A stretch of DNA of 64,000 bases from an uncultured Solirubrobacterales bacterium (GCA_963706565.1 CAVPMQ010000003.1:259119-323118), one strand, 5' to 3'. Shown: positions 38,145-49,677, numbered from the stretch's first letter. The notes: generated from the sequence alone by a model not told the origin. Numbers and translations: made by a program.

Positions 38145-38290
38145 GTTCACGCCGAGCGATCGTCCGTCCGTCGGACGGTCGGCGGGGGAACCACTTGCGG
38201 ACCACCCCGTCCGCAGGGGCGAATCGGCCCCGTAAAGGACCGTAGCGCCGCCCAGGCGCGAGCCCGTCAGCTCACCCCGTAGGCACGACA
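38145..38290 (+). ncRNA. c-di-AMP (ydaO/yuaA) riboswitch
   Basis: GCCGAG...GGGGAACCA...GGGGCGAATC...GTAG...GAGCCCGTCAGCTCACCCCGTAGGC; TATACT -10 at 38131; precedes a cell-wall enzyme gene. Confidence 0.88.
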
Positions 38291-38314
38291 CCCGAAATCG
38301 AGAGGACCGCCCCG

Positions 38315-39136
38315 ATCGCGATTCGTCGCGCTCATGTCTACGTCGTTGCTGCCCTGACCGCGCTCACGCTGGCGCTCGCGGCTTCGTCTTCCGCGCTCGC
38401 CAGCGGAACCGGTGGCGCCGGCGTCGGCGGCGCGAGCTCGCCCGCCAAGGCGCCCGCGAGGACCAACGCCACCGCGCGCTCGGTTCCCAGCGCAACGGTC
38501 AGCTCCGGCAACAGCGCGGTCACCGCGACGGCCGACGGGCTCAGCGTCTCCACGCGCGCCTCGGGGTTCCTGCGCGGGAAGGTCACGTTCACCGGGACGG
38601 TCTCCGGCGCCCGCTCGGGCGACATCATCGAGATCGAGCGCCTCGGCCACCAGACCGAATGGGGATGGGCGGCCACGGCCCACGCCACCGTCGGCCCCGG
38701 CGGCAGCTGGACGGTCGCGTGGCGCGCCAACCACATCGGCCAGTTCGAGTTCCGCGCTGTGCTCGAGAGCGGCGTCGGCGCTCCCGCCAAGGCGACCTCG
38801 CCTGCGGTCACCGTCACGGTGTACCGCTATGCACTTGCCACTCAAGAGGGCGGCCCGGCCGTCAACGGACACAAGACGGCCTGTGGTCAGACGTTCCGAC
38901 CGTCGATCATCGGCACCGCCAACCGCACACTGCCCTGTGGCGAGAAAGTCGCGCTCTACTACCACGGTCGCACGCTCGTCGTCCCCGTGATCGACCGCGG
39001 CCCATACGCCCACGGCGCCGACTTCGACATCTCGATCGCCGCCGCCAAGAGGCTCGGCCTCGACGGGATCAGCAAGATCGGCGCAGTGTCGCTGCCGCCC
39101 GCCCCCTCGTCGATCGTCAACTCGCGACGGCGCTAG
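38315..39136 (+). CDS. Secreted RlpA-like (DPBB) lytic transglycosylase family protein; non-canonical start
   Basis: Frame is open from 38246 with signal peptide IRRAHVYVVAALTALTLALAASSSALA; C-terminal TACG...LPCG...VIDRGPY...FDIS DPBB domain. Confidence 0.78.
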   Translation: MAIRRAHVYVVAALTALTLALAASSSALASGTGGAGVGGASSPAKAPARTNATARSVPSATVSSGNSAVTATADGLSVSTRASGFLRGKVTFTGTVSGARSGDIIEIERLGHQTEWGWAATAHATVGPGGSWTVAWRANHIGQFEFRAVLESGVGAPAKATSPAVTVTVYRYALATQEGGPAVNGHKTACGQTFRPSIIGTANRTLPCGEKVALYYHGRTLVVPVIDRGPYAHGADFDISIAAAKRLGLDGISKIGAVSLPPAPSSIVNSRRR

Positions 39137-39193
39137 ACCGGCCGCCCGGCGACGGGCCGCCCCACAGCCCGGTCGAGCAGCCACAATGTGCGC

Positions 39194-40399
39194 ATGCCCC
39201 AGCCGTTGATCTCGATCGCCCGCGCGCGCGAGCTCGTGCTCGAGCACGTCGTGGCGCTGGACCAGGAGCAGGTCGAGGTCGGCGACGCCCTGGACCGGGT
39301 GCTGGCGCAGGACGTGCGCGCGGTCGGCGACGTCCCCCCATTTCCGTGCTCGGCGATGGATGGGTACGCGATCAAGGCCGGGGCGTCCGGCCGGTCGCTG
39401 ACCGTGACCGGCGAGTCGCGCGCGGGGACTCCGAGCGCAGACGAGCTGGGTGAGGGCGAGGCGGTCCGGATCTCGACCGGTGCCGCCGTGCCGGCCGGCG
39501 CCACCGCGGTGATCCGTCAGGAGGACACCGACTCAGACGAGCGGACGGTGACGCTGAACGAGCCGGTCGCGGAGGGCGAGAACATCCGCCAGCCCGGCGA
39601 GGACATGCGCGCCGGCACCAAGGTCCTGCCCGCGGGCACGACGCTTCACGCCGGCGAGCTCGGCGCCGCGGTGGCGGCGGGGATGGGGCAGCTGATCGTG
39701 GCGCGCCGGCCGGTCGTCCAGGTGCTGTGCACCGGCGATGAGCTCAAGGCCCCCGGCGAGCCGCTGGGCCCGGGCGAGATCCACAACTCCAACGCCCCGA
39801 TGCTGGTGTCGCTGGCCAGCCGCGCAGGGGCGATCGCTCCGCCCGCGGCACGACTGCGCGACGACCGTGCCGCCACCGAGCACGCGCTGGGCGCGGCACT
39901 CGAGCACTCCGACGTCGTGGTCGTATCCGGCGGCGTGTCGGTCGGTCCTCACGATCACGTCAAGCCCGCGCTGGCCGCGCTCGGGGTCACCGAGGTGTTC
40001 TGGGGGGTGTCGCTGCAGCCCGGCAAGCCGACATGGTTTGGCACGGCCCCGGGCGGCAAGCTCGTATTCGGGCTCCCCGGTAACCCGGTGTCGGCGTTCG
40101 TCACGTTCTCGCTGTTCACGCGCCCCGCGCTGGCTGCGCTCCAGGGCGCGACCGGCGAGCACGTGATCGAGACCGAGGCGATGCTCGGCGTGCCGGTCAG
40201 ACGCAACACCAGCCGCGAGATGGCGATCAGGGTGAGGCTGCAGCGCGACGACGGCGCGATCGTGGCGATCCCCAACGGCCCGCAGGCGTCTCACATCATG
40301 ACCTCGCTGCTCGGAGCCGACGCGCTCGCGCTGATCGCCCCCGGAGACGGCGAGGCGCCCGTCGGAACCACGGTCCGGCTCGAGCCGCTGCCCAGCTAG
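39194..40399 (+). CDS. moeA: Molybdopterin molybdotransferase
   Basis: SAMDGYA, RISTGA, TGDEL, SGGVSVG, QPGKP and GLPGNPVS motifs. Confidence 0.95.
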   Translation: MPQPLISIARARELVLEHVVALDQEQVEVGDALDRVLAQDVRAVGDVPPFPCSAMDGYAIKAGASGRSLTVTGESRAGTPSADELGEGEAVRISTGAAVPAGATAVIRQEDTDSDERTVTLNEPVAEGENIRQPGEDMRAGTKVLPAGTTLHAGELGAAVAAGMGQLIVARRPVVQVLCTGDELKAPGEPLGPGEIHNSNAPMLVSLASRAGAIAPPAARLRDDRAATEHALGAALEHSDVVVVSGGVSVGPHDHVKPALAALGVTEVFWGVSLQPGKPTWFGTAPGGKLVFGLPGNPVSAFVTFSLFTRPALAALQGATGEHVIETEAMLGVPVRRNTSREMAIRVRLQRDDGAIVAIPNGPQASHIMTSLLGADALALIAPGDGEAPVGTTVRLEPLPS

Positions 40400-40417
40400 A
40401 CAAGGGATAACCATCGA

Positions 40418-41134
40418 ATGAACTTCCTCGCCGCGCTGATTGCCGCGATCGCTGGGCTGCTGTTCGCCCGCCGGCGACGCCGGCGGCGGATGCCGGCTCG
40501 GGTCAGGGTCTCGCCGCGCACCTCGACGGTGATCGCCGCCGACGGCGCGGTGCGCTCGGTGCAGTCGGCGGACATCACGCTGGCCCGCGCGGATCTGGAC
40601 CGGATGTGGACCGCCGACAACCTCGAGAACCTGGCTCGCACGTACTGGCGGTTCCTCACCCGGGTCACGCTTGGGCTGATCCGCGTGACCTATGGCCACG
40701 ATGAGCGCTCGGTTGTGTTCGTGGCGCGCCCGCTGACGCTGCTGCGGTTCAAGGCCCCCGAGTACTCGACCGATGGCGACCACGGCAACGTCCGCTGGAT
40801 GATCCAGGGCGGGCTGCTGGTCGCCCGCGCCGGCCGGGGCTGCGGCTTTTTATCGCTCGACGTCCGCCGGGTGCCCGACGACCCCTCGCGCTCGGACGCC
40901 ACGCTGCACATCGCGGTCGAGGTCGCGAACTTCTATCCGGCGATCGCGGCCGGGTTCAGCACGCCGGTGTATGAGGCGACGCAATCGGCGATCCACGTGC
41001 TGGTCACCCATGCGTTCCTGCGCTCACTGGGGCACCTCGACCTGGCGCGCTCCAAGGTCGGAAAGCTGTCGATGGCGTCGCCGGCACCCGAACCGCGAGC
41101 CGCCGACCCCGTCAGCCGTAGCGCTCGCCAGTGA
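40418..41134 (+). CDS. Hypothetical protein with N-terminal membrane anchor
   Basis: Hydrophobic N-terminus plus Arg run; globular body ([12 protein letters not shown]...). Confidence 0.65.
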   Translation: MNFLAALIAAIAGLLFARRRRRRRMPARVRVSPRTSTVIAADGAVRSVQSADITLARADLDRMWTADNLENLARTYWRFLTRVTLGLIRVTYGHDERSVVFVARPLTLLRFKAPEYSTDGDHGNVRWMIQGGLLVARAGRGCGFLSLDVRRVPDDPSRSDATLHIAVEVANFYPAIAAGFSTPVYEATQSAIHVLVTHAFLRSLGHLDLARSKVGKLSMASPAPEPRAADPVSRSARQ

Positions 41135-42116
41135 GCGACCGCAGCTTGGCGCGATCGTGGCGCGCCGACACGCGCCGGACCGTGCCCGAGCGTGAGCGCA
41201 TCACCAGCGACTCGGTCGTGGCTCCGCGGCCACCCTGGTAGCGCACTCCTTGCAGGACGTCGCCGTCGGTCACGCCCGTCGCCGAGAAGAACACGTCCTC
41301 GCCGGCGACGAGGTCGTCGCAGTTGAGCACCTTGGCGAGGTCGTACCCGGCCTTCTGCGCGGCGTTTCGCTCGTCGTCGTCGCGCGGCCACAGGCGCCCG
41401 AGTAGCTGGCCGCCCAGGCACTTGATCGCGGCCGCCGAGATCACGCCCTCGGGGGTGCCGCCGATGCCCCACAGCAGGTCGACCGGCGAGTTCTCGCTGA
41501 CCGCCAGCAGCGCGGCCGACACGTCGCCGTCGAGGATCAGCCGGACGCGGGCGCCCGCCTCGCGGACCTCGGCCATCGCCTCGTGATGGCGCTCGCGGTC
41601 GAGCATCACGACCATCACGTCGCGGATGTCGGTCTCCTTGCGCTCGGCAACCAGCGCCAGCGTCTCGGGGAGCGGCCGGTCGAGGTCGAGCAGGTCGGCG
41701 ATCTCCGGGCCGCCGGCGATCTTCTCCATGTACACGCACGGGCCCGGGTCGAACATCGTGCCGCGCTCGGCCAGCGCGATCACCGCGATCGCGCTCGGCA
41801 TCCCCAGCGCGGTCAGGCGCGTGCCCTCCAGCGGATCGACCGCGACATCGACTTCGGGCGGGGTCCCGTCGCCGATCTGCTCGCCGTTGAACAGCATCGG
41901 CGCCTCGTCCTTCTCGCCCTCACCGATCACGACCACGCCATCCATCGAGACCTGGTCCAGAACGTTGCGCATCGCGTCGACGGCCGCCTGGTCGGCCCCC
42001 TCCTTGTCCCCGCGTCCGACCATCCGCGCCGAGGCCAGCGCGGCCGCCTCGGTGACGCGCACGAGCTCGAGCGCGAGGTTGCGATCCGGCCTGTGCAGTG
42101 CTTCCTGGTCGTTCAT
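41112..42116 (-). CDS. glpX: Fructose-1,6-bisphosphatase class II
   Basis: [34 protein letters not shown] and ATGVTDG motifs. Confidence 0.96.
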   Translation of the reverse strand: MNDQEALHRPDRNLALELVRVTEAAALASARMVGRGDKEGADQAAVDAMRNVLDQVSMDGVVVIGEGEKDEAPMLFNGEQIGDGTPPEVDVAVDPLEGTRLTALGMPSAIAVIALAERGTMFDPGPCVYMEKIAGGPEIADLLDLDRPLPETLALVAERKETDIRDVMVVMLDRERHHEAMAEVREAGARVRLILDGDVSAALLAVSENSPVDLLWGIGGTPEGVISAAAIKCLGGQLLGRLWPRDDDERNAAQKAGYDLAKVLNCDDLVAGEDVFFSATGVTDGDVLQGVRYQGGRGATTESLVMRSRSGTVRRVSARHDRAKLRSLTGERYG

Positions 42117-42152
42117 CGGCGCAGCCTATCCCGGACCTGCCTGGCGAAGCGC

Positions 42153-42614
42153 TCAGAGCACGCCGGGCGGCTTGCGTCTGCCGGCGCTCTCCTGCGCGCG
42201 CCACACCGAGCCGACCACGATCAGGACCGCCCCGGCCAGCCCGATCCACCAGCCGTAGCCGATGCTGATCTGGCCCGACGGCGATCCGGGGCGGTCGATC
42301 ACCCCGCGAAACAGCGTGAGCGTCAGCGCCACCAGCGCCACGATCGCCGTGAGCTCGCCGCGCGGCCAGGACAGCGCGTGCCCACGAACGATGATCCAGG
42401 CCAGGATCAGCGGCGCCACCGCCGCAATCAGCAGCAGGTACCGCAGGACCGTGAGCGCCGCCCAGCCGGTGCACGTCGCGTCGGGTCCACGGCAATCGTT
42501 GAGGACCGCGTTGGCGTTACCGAGCCGATACCACGCCAGAAACAGCGACGCGCCCAGGAGAATCCCTCCCGCCACGGCGATCAGCTCCCCGCGGTCCAGC
42601 CGCCTGAAGTCCAT
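42153..42614 (-). CDS. Four-TM membrane protein
   Basis: Begins MDFRRLDRGE, four hydrophobic helices; TAGGCT 7 nt upstream of the ATG. Confidence 0.7.
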   Translation of the reverse strand: MDFRRLDRGELIAVAGGILLGASLFLAWYRLGNANAVLNDCRGPDATCTGWAALTVLRYLLLIAAVAPLILAWIIVRGHALSWPRGELTAIVALVALTLTLFRGVIDRPGSPSGQISIGYGWWIGLAGAVLIVVGSVWRAQESAGRRKPPGVL

Positions 42615-42666
42615 CGCGAGCAGCCTAATGGGGGCCTGCCGCCAGCGGTTGGTAGGTTCGACGCTC

Positions 42667-43431
42667 GTGCCCGACGCCTCCTCGATCGAGCTCAGACAGC
42701 TGCTGCCGCAGCCGCGGACGATCACCGCCCGCGAGCTGATGCGCGAGCTGGACCCCGCTCGGGTCCCGGTGAACGACCGCCCCTACACATTGGTCAACTT
42801 CATCGCCACCGCCGACGGCCGCGCCACGTTCGGCGGGCGCTCGGGCCCGATCTCAGACCCCGGAGATCGCGAGCTGTTCCACGGCCTTCGCGAGCGCGTC
42901 GACGCGGTCATGGCCGGCACCGGCACCCTCCGGACCGAGCGCTACGGCCGGATCGCCCGCGACCCGGAGCGTCGCGAGCGACGCGTGGCGGAAGGTCTGC
43001 CGCCCGAGCCGATCGCCTGCGTGGTGTCGCGCAGCGGCTCGATCCCGATCGACATCCCGCTGTTCGCCGAGCCCGAGGCCCGGATCGTGGTGTTCACCAC
43101 CCGGCCGCTTGACATCGCGGGCTGCGCCGCATCGGTCGAAGTCGTCGAGCTTGACCCGGCGCAGCTGACGATGACCACCGCGCTGCGCCACCTGCGGGCC
43201 GAGCATGGCGTCAGGCTGCTGCTGTGCGAGGGCGGACCGACGGTGTTCGGGGCGCTGCTGCAAGAGCAGCTCGTCGACGAGCTGTTCCTGACGATCTCGC
43301 CGAAGCTCTCGGGCGGCGGCACGGGCCCCACGATCACCAGCGGGCCGGAGCTTCCCGAGCTGGTGGCGCTGGACCTGCGCTGGGCGGTCGAGCTCGACGG
43401 GACGTTGTTCCTTCGCTACAGCATCGGGTAA
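42667..43431 (+). CDS. RibD C-terminal / DHFR-like reductase family protein
   Basis: NFIATADG, DAVMAG.GT.R.E.Y, LLCEGGP and LVDELFLTISP motifs. Confidence 0.85.
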   Translation: MPDASSIELRQLLPQPRTITARELMRELDPARVPVNDRPYTLVNFIATADGRATFGGRSGPISDPGDRELFHGLRERVDAVMAGTGTLRTERYGRIARDPERRERRVAEGLPPEPIACVVSRSGSIPIDIPLFAEPEARIVVFTTRPLDIAGCAASVEVVELDPAQLTMTTALRHLRAEHGVRLLLCEGGPTVFGALLQEQLVDELFLTISPKLSGGGTGPTITSGPELPELVALDLRWAVELDGTLFLRYSIG

Positions 43432-43470
43432 CCGGCGAGCCGAGCAACCGAGGATGCAACAATCGAACAG

Positions 43471-44779
43471 ATGAGCTCTCCGAGCCCAGCGGTCGCCAGC
43501 GTGACGGCGGCGGATGCCATCGACGCTTTCGCGGAGGCCCGGGAGCGGACCTTGGCGCTGGTCTCATCGGTACGCGACGAGGACCTCGAACGGGTCCACT
43601 CCACGCTGATGAGCCCGCTGGTGTGGGACCTCGGGCACATCGCCGCATTCGAGGACCTGTGGCTGGTGCACCGCTACGGCGACCAGCCGATGCTCCGGGA
43701 GGATCTGGCCGACGTCTACGACGCGTTCGAGACGCCTCGGGCGGATCGGGGCGACCTTCCGTTCCTGGGACCTGACGCCGCGCGCGACTACCTCGACCAG
43801 GTGCGCCTGCGCATGCTGGAGGTGATCGACGAACGCGGGGTCGGCAACGGCCGAATCCACGAGATGGTCCTGCGCCACGAGCACCAGCACAACGAGACGA
43901 TGCTGCAAACGCTCGAGCTGGCCTGCCTGCGCGACTACGAGCCCGCCTCCGAGCAGCACGCCCTGGCTGGGCAGGGCCGAACCCCGACCGGTCTCGAGCT
44001 GATCGAGATCCCCGCGGGCGAGTGCACGATCGGCGCCACCGGCGAGGGCTTCGCCTACGACAACGAGCGACCGCTGCACCGCACCGACATCCGCGGCTAC
44101 CTGATCGGCAAGGCGCCGATCACCAACGCCTCCTACCTCACGTTCGTCGAGGGAGGCGGCTACGAGCGCCGCGAGTGGTGGACCGACGAGGGCTGGTCGT
44201 GGAAGGAGCAGTACGACATCACGAGACCTCAAGGTTGGACGGCGGACCTCAGCGCCGAGTGGCGTCTGGGAACGCTGGAGCCGCTTGATCCGCACCGGCC
44301 CGTCGTCCACCTGTCCTGGTTCGAGGCCGACGCCTTCACCCGAGCACACGGCGTTCGGCTCCCCACCGAGATTCGAGTGGGAGAAGGCGGCGACCTGGGA
44401 CCAGCAGCAAGGCCGGGCACGTCCGTATCCGTGGGGCGATGAGGCGCCGGTTGCGGGCGTGCACGCCAACGTCGATCAGCGCGGGCGCGGGACGGTTCCC
44501 GTCAGCGCTCACCCGGCCGGCGCGTCGCCGTACGGCTGCCTGGGGATGATCGGCGATGTCTGGGAGTGGACCTCCAGCGAGCTCGAGGCGTACCCGGGCT
44601 TCGTGGCCTACCCCTACAGGGAGTATTCCGAGGTGTTCTTCGGCCAGGGCTACCGGGTCCTGCGCGGAGGCTCCTGGGCGACCCGAGCGCGGGTCGCCAC
44701 CCCGACCTTCCGTAACTGGGACTACCCGCAGCGCCGCCAGATCTTCTCGGGGCTGCGAATCGCGAGCGACCTGACATGA
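43471..44779 (+). CDS. egtB: Ergothioneine biosynthesis sulfoxide synthase EgtB (frameshift near 44370)
   Basis: DinB-like SPLVWDLGH, HEHQHNETML iron motif; FGE-sulfatase domain DNERP, RLPTE.EWEKAA, GDVWEWT, LRGGSW. Confidence 0.88.
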
Positions 44780-44792
44780 GAGCTGAGCTGAC

Positions 44793-45789
44793 ATGAGAGC
44801 GCTGCTTGACACAGACGAGATCCGGATCGAGTCGTGGCTGTCGGAGACCGAGGAACGCAGCCTCGCCAACGACGTGCTCGACGGGCTCACGCGCCCGTTC
44901 AAGGAGCTCCCGCCCAAGCACTTCTATGACACCCGCGGGTCCGAGCTGTTCGAGCAGATCTGTGAGCTCCCCGACTACTACCCGACCCGTTCAGAGCGCG
45001 AGATCCTCGAGCTTCGGGCCGGCGAGATCGTCCGCGAGACCGGCGCCGGCGAGCTCGTCGAGCTCGGCTCGGGCTCGGCCGACAAAGCGCGGATCCTGCT
45101 CGACGCGATGGCCGGCGAGGGGACGTTGCGCCGCTACATCCCGTTCGACGTCTCCGAGCAGGTCGTCCGCGACGCCGCGCAGCAGCTCGCCGACGAGTAC
45201 GACGGGCTGCGGGTGCACGGGGTCGTCGGCGACTTCGAGCGACACCTCGACCGCGTGCCCGCCCACTGGCGACGAGCCTCGCCTGGTTGCCCTGCTCGGC
45301 GGCACGATCGGCAACTTTCCGCCTGGCACGCGCCGGCGGGTGCTGCGCAAGATCAGCGCCCTGCTCGGCCCCGAGGACCGCCTCCTGCTCGGCACCGACC
45401 TGGTCAAGGACCCGGCCGAGATCGAGGCCGCCTACGACGACCCCCAGGGCGTCACCGCCGAGTTCAACCGCAACGTCCTGCACGTGATCAACCGCGAGCT
45501 CGACGCCGACTTCGACCCCGACGCGTTCGAGCACATCGCGTTCTTTGACCGCCGGCACGAGTGGATCGAGATGCGCCTGCGGGCGTTACGGGCGTGCTCG
45601 GTGCTGATCGGCGAGCTCGGGCTGCGCGTCGAGTTCGCCCATGGGGAGGAACTGCGGACCGAGATCAGCGCCAAGTTCACGCGCGCACGGGTGCGCGAGG
45701 ATTTCGAGTCGGCGGGGCTGTCATTGCGCGGGTGGTACACGGATCCGAACTCCAGGTTCGCGTTGTCGCTCGCCGCTCGCGCGGCGTAG
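44793..45789 (+). CDS. egtD: L-histidine N-alpha-methyltransferase EgtD (frameshift near 45265)
   Basis: [53 protein letters not shown] and RTEISAKF motifs. Confidence 0.9.
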
Positions 45790-45800
45790 GGTCCCGAGCG

Positions 45801-46568
45801 ATGCGGATCGACGGCAGCGCCGCGGTCGTGGCCGGCGGCGCCTCGGGGCTCGGCGAGGCGACCACGCGCGAGCTGCATGCCCGCGGCGCCCGGATCGTGA
45901 TCGCAGATCTGAACGTCGATCGCGGTCAGGCTCTGGCGGATGAGCTCGGGGACCCGGTCTCGTTCGTGCGCGCGGATGTGAGCGACCCCGAAGCGGTGGC
46001 GGCGGCCGTCGACGCAGCGGCCGCGCTCCCCGGGGGGCTGCGGATCGCGGTCTGCTGCGCGGGCATCGGCTGGGGCGAGCGGGTCGCCGGCCGGAGCGGC
46101 GCGCACGCGCTCGAACCGTTCGAGAAGGTGATCGCGGTCAACCTGATCGGGACCTTCAACGTGTTGCGACTGGCCGCCGAGGCGATGATGCCCGGCGAGC
46201 CGTCGGCCACCGGCGAACGCGGGGTGTGCATCAACACGGCGTCGATCGCGGCCTACGACGGCCAGATCGGCCAGATCGCCTACTCGGCCTCGAAGGGAGC
46301 GATCGTCGGGATGACGCTGCCGGCCGCGCGCGACCTGGCGTCGGTGGGTATCCGGGTGTGCACGATCGCCCCGGGGACGTTCGATACGCCGCTGCTCGGC
46401 GGGCTGTCCGACGAGACCCGGGAGGCACTCGGTGCCGCCGTCCCGTTCCCGCGCCGGCTCGGACGGCCCGACGAGTACGCGGCGCTCGCCGTCCACATCA
46501 TCGAGAACGAGATGCTCAACGGAGAGGTGATCCGGCTCGACGGCGCGCTGCGGATGCCGCCACGGTGA
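45801..46568 (+). CDS. SDR 3-hydroxyacyl-CoA dehydrogenase (HSD17B10-like)
   Basis: [28 protein letters not shown] and [13 protein letters not shown] motifs. Confidence 0.92.
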   Translation: MRIDGSAAVVAGGASGLGEATTRELHARGARIVIADLNVDRGQALADELGDPVSFVRADVSDPEAVAAAVDAAAALPGGLRIAVCCAGIGWGERVAGRSGAHALEPFEKVIAVNLIGTFNVLRLAAEAMMPGEPSATGERGVCINTASIAAYDGQIGQIAYSASKGAIVGMTLPAARDLASVGIRVCTIAPGTFDTPLLGGLSDETREALGAAVPFPRRLGRPDEYAALAVHIIENEMLNGEVIRLDGALRMPPR

Positions 46569-46624
46569 GCGCCCGTAGGACCACGGGACCCCGGCCGTTC
46601 CCGCTCGCGTAGGATCAGGATCAG

Positions 46625-47779
46625 ATGTCAGCGCTCGCCGATCTGTACACGATTCCCCGCGATCATCTCGACTTCCGCGACACGATCCGGCAGATCGCGC
46701 GCGAGCGGATCGCGCCGCGGGCGGCCGACATCGACGAGCGCGCCGAGTACCCCTACGACCTCCGCAAGCTGCTGTCCGAGCAGGACATCCTCGGGCTCCC
46801 GTTCGAGATCGAGCACGGCGGCACCGGCACTGGAACGCTGATGCTCAACATGGCGGTCGAGGAGATCGCCAAGGCGTGCGCTTCGACCGCGCTGATCCTG
46901 ATGATCCAGGAGCTGGGCACGCTCCCGATCAAGTTGTTCGGCACCGACGAGCTCAAGCAGCGGTTCCTCCCGCGCTGCGCCAGCGGCGAATGGACGCCGG
47001 CGTTCGCGCTGTCAGAGCCCGACGCCGGCTCTGACCCGGGCGGGATGCTGACCCGTGCGCATCCCGATGGCGACGATTGGGTGATCACCGGCACCAAGAA
47101 CTGGATCACCAACCTCGGCGTCGCGGACTTCTACGTGGTGTTCGCGGTCACCGACCCCGACGCGGGCCACTCGCGCGGGATCAGCGCGTTCGTGGTCGAG
47201 GCCGACCGGCCGGGCTTCAGCGTCGGCAAGCTCGAGCACAAGCTGGGGATCCGAGGCTCCCCGACCGGCCAGCCGATCTTCGAAGGCGTCCGGGTCCCGC
47301 GGGACAACGTGATCGGCGAGATCAACGAGGGCTTCAAGGTGGCGATGGCAACGCTCGATCGCTCGCGGCTGGGCGTGGCCGCGCAGGCGCTCGGGATTGC
47401 CCAGGGTGCAACCGACTACGCCGCCGCCTACGCACAGGAGCGCCGGCAGTTCGGCAAGCCGATCGCCTCGTTTCAGGCGATCCAGTTCAAGCTCGCCGAC
47501 ATGGAGACCCAGTGCGCGGCAGCGCGCGAGCTCCTCTACCAGGCGTGCGCGAAGATCGACCGAGGCGATCCCGACGTCGGTAAGTACTCCGCGATGGCCA
47601 AGCTGTTCTGCTCGGACACCGCGATGAGCGTCACCGTCGAGGCCGTGCAGGTCCTGGGTGGCTACGGTTATGTGAAGGAGTATCCGGTCGAGCGCATGAT
47701 GAGGGACGCCAAGATCACCCAGATCTACGAGGGGACCAACGAGATCCAGCGTCTCGTGATCGCGCGTACGCTGAGGTAG
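46625..47779 (+). CDS. Acyl-CoA dehydrogenase
   Basis: FALSEPDAGSD, GTKNWITN, KLGIRGSPT and GGYGY...RDAKITQIYEGTNEIQR motifs. Confidence 0.95.
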   Translation: MSALADLYTIPRDHLDFRDTIRQIARERIAPRAADIDERAEYPYDLRKLLSEQDILGLPFEIEHGGTGTGTLMLNMAVEEIAKACASTALILMIQELGTLPIKLFGTDELKQRFLPRCASGEWTPAFALSEPDAGSDPGGMLTRAHPDGDDWVITGTKNWITNLGVADFYVVFAVTDPDAGHSRGISAFVVEADRPGFSVGKLEHKLGIRGSPTGQPIFEGVRVPRDNVIGEINEGFKVAMATLDRSRLGVAAQALGIAQGATDYAAAYAQERRQFGKPIASFQAIQFKLADMETQCAAARELLYQACAKIDRGDPDVGKYSAMAKLFCSDTAMSVTVEAVQVLGGYGYVKEYPVERMMRDAKITQIYEGTNEIQRLVIARTLR

Positions 47780-47785
47780 ACCGAG

Positions 47786-48430
47786 ATGCCTTCAGGACAG
47801 CCCACCGTCCGCCGGATCCTTTTCTCCGCGCTGGCCGCGCTGACCGTCGGCCTCGGCGCGGTGAGCTTGATCTTCGGCTTCAGCGACTCGTTCCCGGTGC
47901 GGCTGCTCCAGGGACTGGCCGTGTTCGGCGCCGGAGCGGTGATCCTCGGCGGCGCCGTCGTGCTGGCGATGCTCCGCCTCGCCGGCTGGCGCGAGCCCGA
48001 GTCCGAGGACGAGTTCGAAGCGATCGTTCGCCGCGCCGAGCGGCTCGCCGCTCAGGACGCCTGGGAGGACACGCCGGAGTACGAGCCCGAGGACGACGAG
48101 TTGATCGATCCTCACAACGAGGACGACTTCCGCGCGATCGTCCGCGCGGCGATCGACGATCTTCCGCTCGAGTTCCACCGAGCGCTCGAGCACGTGGCGA
48201 TCGTGGTGTCCGACGGCGGGCGCCGGCAGCGGGCCTACGGGCTCTACCAGGGCGACACCGTCGCTCAGGACTACTTCCACGACAGGATCGTGATCTTCCG
48301 CGACACGCTGGTCCGCGACTTCGGCGACGACCCCGAGCTGCTCAAGGCCCAGGTCACCCGCACCGTCCGCCACGAGCTCGCCCATCACCTCGGCTGGGAC
48401 GAGAAGGGCGTCCGCCGCCTCGGCCTGTAG
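47786..48430 (+). CDS. Zincin-like metallopeptidase family protein with two N-terminal TM helices
   Basis: YGLYQG, DRIVIFR and TVRHELAHHLG (HExxH). Confidence 0.82.
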   Translation: MPSGQPTVRRILFSALAALTVGLGAVSLIFGFSDSFPVRLLQGLAVFGAGAVILGGAVVLAMLRLAGWREPESEDEFEAIVRRAERLAAQDAWEDTPEYEPEDDELIDPHNEDDFRAIVRAAIDDLPLEFHRALEHVAIVVSDGGRRQRAYGLYQGDTVAQDYFHDRIVIFRDTLVRDFGDDPELLKAQVTRTVRHELAHHLGWDEKGVRRLGL

Positions 48431-48449
48431 GCCACGCGGGAGCAGACCG

Positions 48450-49653
48450 ATGCCCGAAGCGGTGATCGTCGACGCGATCCGCACGCCGATCGGCCGCGCG
48501 GGCAAGGGCTCGCTGAAGACCGTCCGGGCCGATGATCTCGCCGCGCTGCCGATCCGCACGCTGATCGAGCGTAACCCCGAGGTTGACTTCTCGCGCACCG
48601 TCGACGTGATGATGGGCGCCGCCTCCGGCGTCGGCGAGCAGGGCTACAACGTCGGCCGCAACGCGTCGCTGATCGCCGGGCTGGACCATCACGTCCCGGC
48701 GTGCACGGTCAACCGCTTCTGCGCCTCCTCGCTTCAGACGATCCGGATGGCGTTCCACGCGATCAAGGCCGGCGAGGGCGACCAATACATCGCGGCCGGA
48801 GTCGAGGCCGTCTCGCGCGCCGGACTCGGCGCCGGGATGATGGATGAGGCCAAGCACCCGATGCTCAACGGCTCCGACGGCTCGGCCTACGACGTCTACA
48901 TCCCGATGGGGCTCACCGCCGAGAACGTGGCCGACCGCTGCCACGTGACCCGTGAGCAGCAGGACGAGTGGGCGGTGATCTCCCAGAACCGCGCCGTCGA
49001 CGCCCGCGACTCAGGCCACTTCGACTCCGAGATCGTGCCGGTCCCGGTGCCCGCTCACAGGGATGTCGATCGCGACGGCAACGAGATCGACGTTCCCGAC
49101 ACCGTCGTGACTCGCGACGACGGGCCGCGGCCGGGCACGACGATGGAGGTGCTGTCCAAGCTCAAGCCGGCGTTCCGGCCCGACGGCACCGTGACCGCCG
49201 GTAACGCCTGCCCGCTCAACGACGGCGCCGCGGCCGTGCTGGTGATGTCCGAGGATCGGGCTCGGGAGCTCGGCTGCCAGCCGATGGCCCGGATCGTGGG
49301 CTCGACCGTGGCCGCGATCCGCCCCGAGATCATGGGGCTCGGCCCGATTCCGGCGATCCGAGCGCTGCTCGAGCAGACCGGGATGACGATCGACGACGAT
49401 CGATGTGGTCGAGATCAACGAGGCGTTCGCCGCTCAGATCGTTCCCTGCAAGCAGGAGCTCGGGATCCCCGACGATAAGCTCAACCCGTTCGGCGGGGCG
49501 ATCGCGCTGGGACACCCGTTCGGCATGACCGGCGCGCGGATCATGACCACGCTGATCAACGGGCTGCGGACGCTGGACGGGACCTACGGGATCGAGTCGA
49601 TGTGCGTCGCCGGCGGGATGGGCCAGGCGATGCTGATCGAGCGGCTGTCCTAG
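48450..49653 (+). CDS. Acetyl-CoA C-acyltransferase (thiolase; frameshift near 49400)
   Basis: [37 protein letters not shown] and MCVAGGMG motifs. Confidence 0.92.
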
Positions 49654-49677
49654 TCCGAGCGGAGCCCGAGCCGCTAC

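Noticed and set aside
44340-49410. Programmed frameshifting in egtB, egtD and thiolase
   Set aside because: No slippery heptamers seen, and similar breaks are scattered through unrelated genes, so sequencing error is more parsimonious.
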